Shown here: positions 58,772 to 64,000 of the stretch, piece by piece
Numbering within the stretch: the first letter of the stretch is position 1
Layout: each line of letters begins with the position of its first letter
Assembly (NCBI GenBank): GCA_024644045.1
Contig: JAHELT010000004.1
Coordinates: forward strand, 1,974 to 65,973
Direction of reading: 5' to 3'
Origin: Chromatiales bacterium
GTDB taxonomy: Bacteria > Pseudomonadota > Gammaproteobacteria > JAHELT01
DNA: 64,000 bases
Translations under genes and position numbers: made by a program
Notes under the pieces: generated by a model
The model's database searches: none
What the model saw: only the letters and a program-made list of their open reading frames with translations
What the model was told of the DNA's origin: nothing

Positions 58772-59326
58772 TCACGAGCCGCGCTGCTGGTAGTCTATCA
58801 AGAGCTGCGTGTAGCGCTGCGCGTGCTCGTTCAAGCGTTCCTTGCTGACCGGCCCCCGGCCACCGTGCAGAACCAGCGGCGGCAGACACCGCATGCCGCA
58901 AAAAACCGCCGTCTGCTGCAACGGCCGGATCAGGTCTTCGAACGGGTGCCGGTGCTGTCCCGCGGACGTGTAGGCTTGTGCCGAGCCACCCGTGGACACG
59001 GCCAGCAGTGCGTCCTTGCCGCGCAAAGCATCGCCGCCGCTGCCGTAAGCGAACCCGCGGGTCAGCACGACGTCCATCCATTCCTTCAGGATGGCCGGCA
59101 CGCTGTACCAGTAGATCGGGTGCTGGAATACCACCAGATCGGCTTCCCGCAGCGCGTTCTGTTCGGCCTCCACGTCGATGTTGAAATCCGGGTAGAGTTC
59201 GTAGAGATCGCGCGTGGCGACCCCGGGCACGGCTTTGACCCGCTCGAACAGCACGCGGTTCACCCGCGAACGGTGCACGGTGGGGTGAGCGAACAAGATT
59301 ACGATGCTGGCGAGTTTTTCGGACAT
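58772..59326 (-). CDS. KefF/KefG ancillary NAD(P)H oxidoreductase
   Basis: AHP...SRVN, DLYELYPDF.ID, QHPIYWYS.PA.LKEW.D; upstream of kefB/C. Confidence 0.92.
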   Translation of the reverse strand: MSEKLASIVILFAHPTVHRSRVNRVLFERVKAVPGVATRDLYELYPDFNIDVEAEQNALREADLVVFQHPIYWYSVPAILKEWMDVVLTRGFAYGSGGDALRGKDALLAVSTGGSAQAYTSAGQHRHPFEDLIRPLQQTAVFCGMRCLPPLVLHGGRGPVSKERLNEHAQRYTQLLIDYQQRGS

Positions 59327-59483
59327 TAATGCTTAATTTGACGGGTGGGTGTACGTGCGTGTTGCCGGTTGCGCCGGGCTGACACCGGCGCTGGTTGCCG
59401 GCAGCCTGCGTCCGGACCACGCCGCGGGCGCGCGGGAGCGGCATTGTAACGTGCGTCAGTCTGACTTTTCGATGCGCTGACGA

Positions 59484-61136
59484 TCAGCCGATGTCGGCCA
59501 GCGTCTTGTCCGGCGTGGCGGCACCGGGATCGACCTGCAGCTCGATCAACGCCGGCTTTCCGCAGTGCAGGGCATGCTCGAACAGGTCGGCAAACTCGCT
59601 GCTGTCGGTCAGCGACGCGCCAAATGCGCCGTAGCTGCGCGCGAGGGCGGCGAAGTCGGGGTTGCGTAACCCGGTGCCGACGACCCGGTCCGGGAAGCGG
59701 CGCTGCTGATGCATGCGGATGGTTCCGTACATGTTGTTGTTGACCACCAGAATGACGATGTTCGCCTGATATTGCACGGCCGTCGCCAGCTCCTGGCCAT
59801 GCATGAGATAGCAGCCGTCGCCGGCCCAGCACACCACAGCGCGTTGCGGATACTGCAGCTTGGCGGCGATGGCCGCCGGCAGGCCGTAGCCCATGCTCCC
59901 GGAGGTGGCGGCGAGCTGCGTGGGATAGCCGCGGTAACGCGTGTGCCGGTGCACCCACGCCGTGTAGTTGCCGGCACCGTTGGCGATGAACGCATCGTCG
60001 GGCAGCACGCCGTTGAGATGGGCGACGATGTCGCCGATCTGGCAGCGACCCGGCATCGGCAGCGGCTCGCGATAGGCCTCGTAATCCGCGCGTGCGGCGC
60101 GCGACCAGGCACGGCGCCGCTCATCGGCCACGCAGGTCTCGGCGTTTACCGCTTGCAGAAAGCTGGTCACCGAGGCATTGATCGCCAGCGTGGGTGTGTA
60201 GACTTTGCCCAGCTCGCTCGCATCGGCGTGTACGTGGATGAACGTCTGCCGGGGCACCGGGGGCACCAGCAGCGTGTAACCGCGCGTTGTAATTTCGCTG
60301 AGTCGCGTGCCGAGCGCGATGATGAGGTCGGCCTGCAGCACGCGCTCGACCAGGCGCGGGTCGCTCGCCACGCTCAGGCACCCCGCGTAGTGCTCATGTT
60401 CGTTGTGCAGGTGGTCCTGGCGCCGGAACGCGCTCACCACCGGCAGATCGGCCCGCTCCGCAAACCTGGCCAGCGCCTGCGACGCCGCGGCATCCCAGGG
60501 TGAGCCGCCCGCGATGAGCAGCGGCCGCTGTGCTTCGTTCAGCAGTTCGACCGCCGCTCGCGCGTCCGCCGTTTCGCAGGCAACCGGCGCCACCCGGGCG
60601 AACGGCGCGTCGTCCACGGTGACCGATTCGTACAGCATGTCCTCGGGCAGGGACACCACGACCGGTCCCGGCCTGCCGCTGCGCGCAACGTGGTACGCGC
60701 GGCTGATGATCTCCGGAATGCGCGCCGCCGCGTCGATCTCGGTCGCCCATTTGCTCAGCGGCTGGAACATCGCCGCCAGATCGATTTCCTGGAATGCGTC
60801 GCGGCCTCGGTGCGCCCGCTCGACCTGGCCGACGAGCAGCAGCAGCGGGGTGGAGTCGTGCCGCGCGATATGGATGCCGGCCGAGGCGTTTGTGGCGCCC
60901 GGCCCGCGTGTCACCATGCATATCCCCACGCCGCCCGTGACCTTGCCGTGCGCCTCCGCCATGATCGCCGCGCCCCCTTCCTGCCGGCAGGTGATCACGT
61001 CGATGTGCGGATGGTCGTACAGGCCGTCGAGCACCGGAAGGAAGCTTTCCCCCGGCACCAGAAACACGCGCTCGCAACCCTGGATGTTCAGCTGGTCGGC
61101 AAGCACGCGCCCGCCGTGGCGTTCCTCAACCCCCAT
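59484..61136 (-). CDS. Thiamine pyrophosphate-dependent enzyme (acetolactate synthase-like)
   Basis: VPGESFL, RQEGGA, TRGPG, AFQE.D, GSMGYG, GDG..NN TPP motif. Confidence 0.9.
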   Translation of the reverse strand: MGVEERHGGRVLADQLNIQGCERVFLVPGESFLPVLDGLYDHPHIDVITCRQEGGAAIMAEAHGKVTGGVGICMVTRGPGATNASAGIHIARHDSTPLLLLVGQVERAHRGRDAFQEIDLAAMFQPLSKWATEIDAAARIPEIISRAYHVARSGRPGPVVVSLPEDMLYESVTVDDAPFARVAPVACETADARAAVELLNEAQRPLLIAGGSPWDAAASQALARFAERADLPVVSAFRRQDHLHNEHEHYAGCLSVASDPRLVERVLQADLIIALGTRLSEITTRGYTLLVPPVPRQTFIHVHADASELGKVYTPTLAINASVTSFLQAVNAETCVADERRRAWSRAARADYEAYREPLPMPGRCQIGDIVAHLNGVLPDDAFIANGAGNYTAWVHRHTRYRGYPTQLAATSGSMGYGLPAAIAAKLQYPQRAVVCWAGDGCYLMHGQELATAVQYQANIVILVVNNNMYGTIRMHQQRRFPDRVVGTGLRNPDFAALARSYGAFGASLTDSSEFADLFEHALHCGKPALIELQVDPGAATPDKTLADIG

Positions 61137-61231
61137 GTTGCACAGTGCTGGCGCGACCGGTTTGCATCTTACAATGATAACCTCTCGGGCCATTGCGCGG
61201 CGCCCCGCCGGCGACACGAAACGGAGTCTGC

Positions 61232-62392
61232 GTGACAACGACACCCGGCAGCGCGGTGCCCTCCCGGCGCCTGGTCCTCGCGGCACTCATCGCCATCGCG
61301 GCGGTTTTCGCGATGTCGCTCGGTCTCACGTATCCCCTGCTGGCCATCATCCTCGAAGGGCAGGGCGTGTCGAGCACCCTGATCGGCATGAACACCGCCA
61401 TGACCCCGCTCGGCATCATCGTCATGGCGCCGTTCATCCCACGCATCACCCGGCGTTTCGGTGCCTGGCGGGTGGCGGTAGCCTGCGCGCTGGCTACCGC
61501 GCTGCTGCTGCTCGCTATCGGCGCCTACCGCAATGTCTGGTTCTGGTTTCCGCTGCGTTTTCTGCTCGGCGTAACCATCGACAGCCTGTTCGTGATCAGC
61601 GAGACCTGGTTGCTGCAGATGGCCGGCGCGCAGCATCGAGGCAAGCTCGTGGGCGTGTACGGCACGTCGCTGGCCAGCGGTTTCACCATCGGACCGTTCG
61701 TGCTCTCGGTGACCGGCAGCGAGGGGTGGTCCGCGTTCGGCGTCGGTCTGGCGGTGATGCTGCTGACCGCCGCCGGTCTGCTTCTGATCCGGGGAAGGGT
61801 TCCCGAGCAGGCGTCGGGCGAGAATATCTCACTCCTGCAGTTTTCCCGGCTGGCTCCCATGCTGTTGCTGGCGGTTGGCGTCGTCGCCTGCTTCGATCAG
61901 GTTGCGCTGTCCATGTTGCCGGTGTATCTGCTCGACGCCGGCATGACCGAGGCGCGCGCAGCGTTCGCGGTTGGCGTGCTGGTGGTCGGCAACGTGCTGT
62001 TCCAGTACCCCATCGGCTGGTTGAGCGACAAGGTGCCGCGGCGCCGGGTCATGGCGGGATGCCTGGTTCTGGTGCTCGCGAGCATCGCGGCGCTGCTCGC
62101 CGCCGTCGCCACCGCGTACCTGTGGCCGGTGCTGTTCGTGCTGGGGTCGAGCGGGTTCGGGATCTACACGGTGGTGCTGGCGGAGCTCGGCGACCGTTTC
62201 GAGGGCGCCATGCTGCTCGCCGGCAACGCCGCGTTTGCAATGATGTGGGGGGTCGGCGGAATCGTCGGCCCGCCGCTGACCGGCACAGTGATGGACGCGC
62301 TCGGCGGCATCGGCATGCCGTTGAGCCTCGCGGCGATGTTCGCGCTGCTGCTGGTGGTCATCGTCGCGGCGCCCAACCGCCCGCGGTCCTAG
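61232..62392 (+). CDS. MFS transporter (YcaD-like)
   Basis: 12 TMS, SETW, RGK.VG.Y, QYPIGWLSD. Confidence 0.85.
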   Translation: MTTTPGSAVPSRRLVLAALIAIAAVFAMSLGLTYPLLAIILEGQGVSSTLIGMNTAMTPLGIIVMAPFIPRITRRFGAWRVAVACALATALLLLAIGAYRNVWFWFPLRFLLGVTIDSLFVISETWLLQMAGAQHRGKLVGVYGTSLASGFTIGPFVLSVTGSEGWSAFGVGLAVMLLTAAGLLLIRGRVPEQASGENISLLQFSRLAPMLLLAVGVVACFDQVALSMLPVYLLDAGMTEARAAFAVGVLVVGNVLFQYPIGWLSDKVPRRRVMAGCLVLVLASIAALLAAVATAYLWPVLFVLGSSGFGIYTVVLAELGDRFEGAMLLAGNAAFAMMWGVGGIVGPPLTGTVMDALGGIGMPLSLAAMFALLLVVIVAAPNRPRS

Positions 62393-62396
62393 CACA

Positions 62397-63665
62397 CTAG
62401 TTGGCGGGGTAGATAGGGAACGCCTCGCACAGCGACGCCACCCGGGCGGCGCATGCCTCGACGGTTGCGCTCGCATCGCTGCCGGACGCGGCTTCGAGCA
62501 GATCGGCGATCAACCCGCCCACCCGCTGCATCTCCTGCTCGCGGAACCCGCGTGTGGTCACAGCGCCGACGCCGAGTCGCAGACCGGCCCATTGCGCGGG
62601 GTTGCGGGCGTCGAACGGCACCGGATTGCGATTGGACGTGATGCTGGCGGCTTCGAGCACCGTTTGCGCGCGTTGTCCGGTGATTGCCTGGCGGCGCAAG
62701 TCCAGCAGCACGAGGTGGGTGTCCGTCCCGCCGCTGACGATATCGACGCCGCGTTGATGCAAGGTTTCGGCGAGCGTCGCCGCGTTCCGTTTCAGCTGCG
62801 CACCGTATTCTTGGAACGCCGGCTGCAGGGCCTCGCCGAGACACACCGCCTTGGCGGCGATGACCTGCGTATGCAGGCTGCCCTGCACGCCGGGAAACAC
62901 AGCAGCCTGCAGCGCCTTTCGCCATTGCGCATCGCGCGACAGGATCAGCCCGCCGCGCGGGCCGCGCAGCGTTTTCGTCGTGGTGCAGGTCACCAGGTCG
63001 GCGTGCGGCACCGGTGAGGGATGCACGCCCGCCGCCACCAGACCCGCGAAGTGGGCCATATCGACCAGCAGCCGCGCGCCGCATTCGGCAGCGATCTCGG
63101 CCATGCGTACGAAATCGATTTCGCGCGGGTATGCCGAGCCGCCGGCGATCAGCAGCTTCGGGCGCAGTTGCTGGGCCTGGTGCGCGAGCGCGTCGTAGTC
63201 GATCAAGCCCGTATCGCGCGACACGCCGTAGTGATGCGCGTCGAACCAGCGCCCTGACAGGTTGGGGGCGGAACCGTGGCTCAGGTGCCCCCCCGCCGCC
63301 AGGTCCAGACTCAACAGCCGGTCGCCCGGTTCCAGGAGCGCAAACAACACCGCCTGATTGGCCTGGGTACCGGAGTGCGGCTGAACGTTCACGAACTCGC
63401 AGCCGAACAGCCGTTGCGCGCGTTCCACGGCGGCTTCCTCGAGCACGTCGACGAACTCGCCGCCAGCGTGAAAGCGCTTGCCGGGGTAGCCCTCCAGGGT
63501 TTTGTTGGCGATCTGGTGGCCCAGGGCCTCGAGCACCGCGCCGCTGACGAGGTTCTCGGAGGCGATCAGCTCAATCTGAGCGGATTGACGGCGGGCCTCG
63601 CGGGCCAGGGCGTCGGCGACCGGTGGGTCGGTCAGGTCGAGCGGCGCAGAGAAGAAATCCGGCAT
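62397..63665 (-). CDS. SHMT-family enzyme, 2-methylserine hydroxymethyltransferase-like
   Basis: LIASEN and GGHLSHG, but with variant motifs NKTLEGYPG.RFH, CTTTKTLRGPRGG and FPGVQGSLH in place of the canonical NKYAEGYP, TTHK and QGGP. Confidence 0.8.
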   Translation of the reverse strand: MPDFFSAPLDLTDPPVADALAREARRQSAQIELIASENLVSGAVLEALGHQIANKTLEGYPGKRFHAGGEFVDVLEEAAVERAQRLFGCEFVNVQPHSGTQANQAVLFALLEPGDRLLSLDLAAGGHLSHGSAPNLSGRWFDAHHYGVSRDTGLIDYDALAHQAQQLRPKLLIAGGSAYPREIDFVRMAEIAAECGARLLVDMAHFAGLVAAGVHPSPVPHADLVTCTTTKTLRGPRGGLILSRDAQWRKALQAAVFPGVQGSLHTQVIAAKAVCLGEALQPAFQEYGAQLKRNAATLAETLHQRGVDIVSGGTDTHLVLLDLRRQAITGQRAQTVLEAASITSNRNPVPFDARNPAQWAGLRLGVGAVTTRGFREQEMQRVGGLIADLLEAASGSDASATVEACAARVASLCEAFPIYPAN

Positions 63666-63796
63666 GGGTTGACTCGATCGCGGCGGTGGCAGCCAGGATG
63701 CGGCCTGTGCTCAAAAATGCCAACCGAATGGTAGTGAGCAACCGCGAAATTAACTAGTATCATCGGGACGAAAAAAAGAACATGAGAGTCTAAAGC

Positions 63797-64000
63797 GTGG
63801 CCCAGCAACTGGATATCCTGTCAGACGACACGCCGCCGGACGAGCTGCAGCCCGACGTGCGCTTTGCAATAGCGCTGGCGCCGCTGTTCACGCTGCTGCC
63901 GTTTGCGGGCTTCCTGGACACCGTGCGCCACGCGGCGGACGAGGCTGACAAGAGCCGCCAGCGCTACTGCCGCTGGCAGGTGGTCGCTGAAACGCTCCAA
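63797..64000 (+). CDS. GlxA-family AraC regulator (SouR-like), 3' truncated
   Basis: MAQQLDIL..FTLLPFAGFLDTVRHAADEADKSRQRYCRW; divergent from the SHMT-like gene. Confidence 0.75.
   Translation, partial: MAQQLDILSDDTPPDELQPDVRFAIALAPLFTLLPFAGFLDTVRHAADEADKSRQRYCRWQVVAETLQ

Noticed and set aside
62390-62401. TAGCAC near the SHMT-like gene stop as a CIRCE half-site
   Set aside because: No second half-site, and it lies between convergent genes.

Overview
High-GC (about two-thirds GC by eye) chromosomal window, most consistent with a Gammaproteobacterium (hrcA-grpE-dnaK-dnaJ-dapB and fabD-fabG-acpP-fabF-mltG-tmk-holB-pilZ blocks). The flanks carry genes for organic nitrogen and osmolyte scavenging: choline sulfatase, a CaiD-like enzyme, a homocysteine methyltransferase, a Rieske oxygenase with a glutamine-synthetase-like gene, a DgdA-like enzyme, a GcvT-family oxidoreductase, phnW/phnX and a 2-methylserine hydroxymethyltransferase-like enzyme. 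The most striking region is about 19.0-27.7 kb. It holds a divergent lipoprotein, an M48/TPR metalloprotease, an atypical ECF-like sigma factor with a four-Cys insertion, a membrane anti-sigma-like protein, an exported caspase (C14), an outer-membrane barrel and a DUF4384 lipoprotein. Three promoter regions in it share the motif TCAAAY-N14-YGTCTC, which suggests a protease-controlled sigma regulon. Several intergenic spacers contain small gene relics (dpaL tail, an enolase-superfamily gene reduced to its N- and C-ends, benE tail, LysR head), and a CCUCCUCCC cuckoo-like RNA motif follows a DUF1127 gene. No rRNA, tRNA, CRISPR array, integrase or transposase was recognised. All family calls come from motif recognition by eye; no database search was run.
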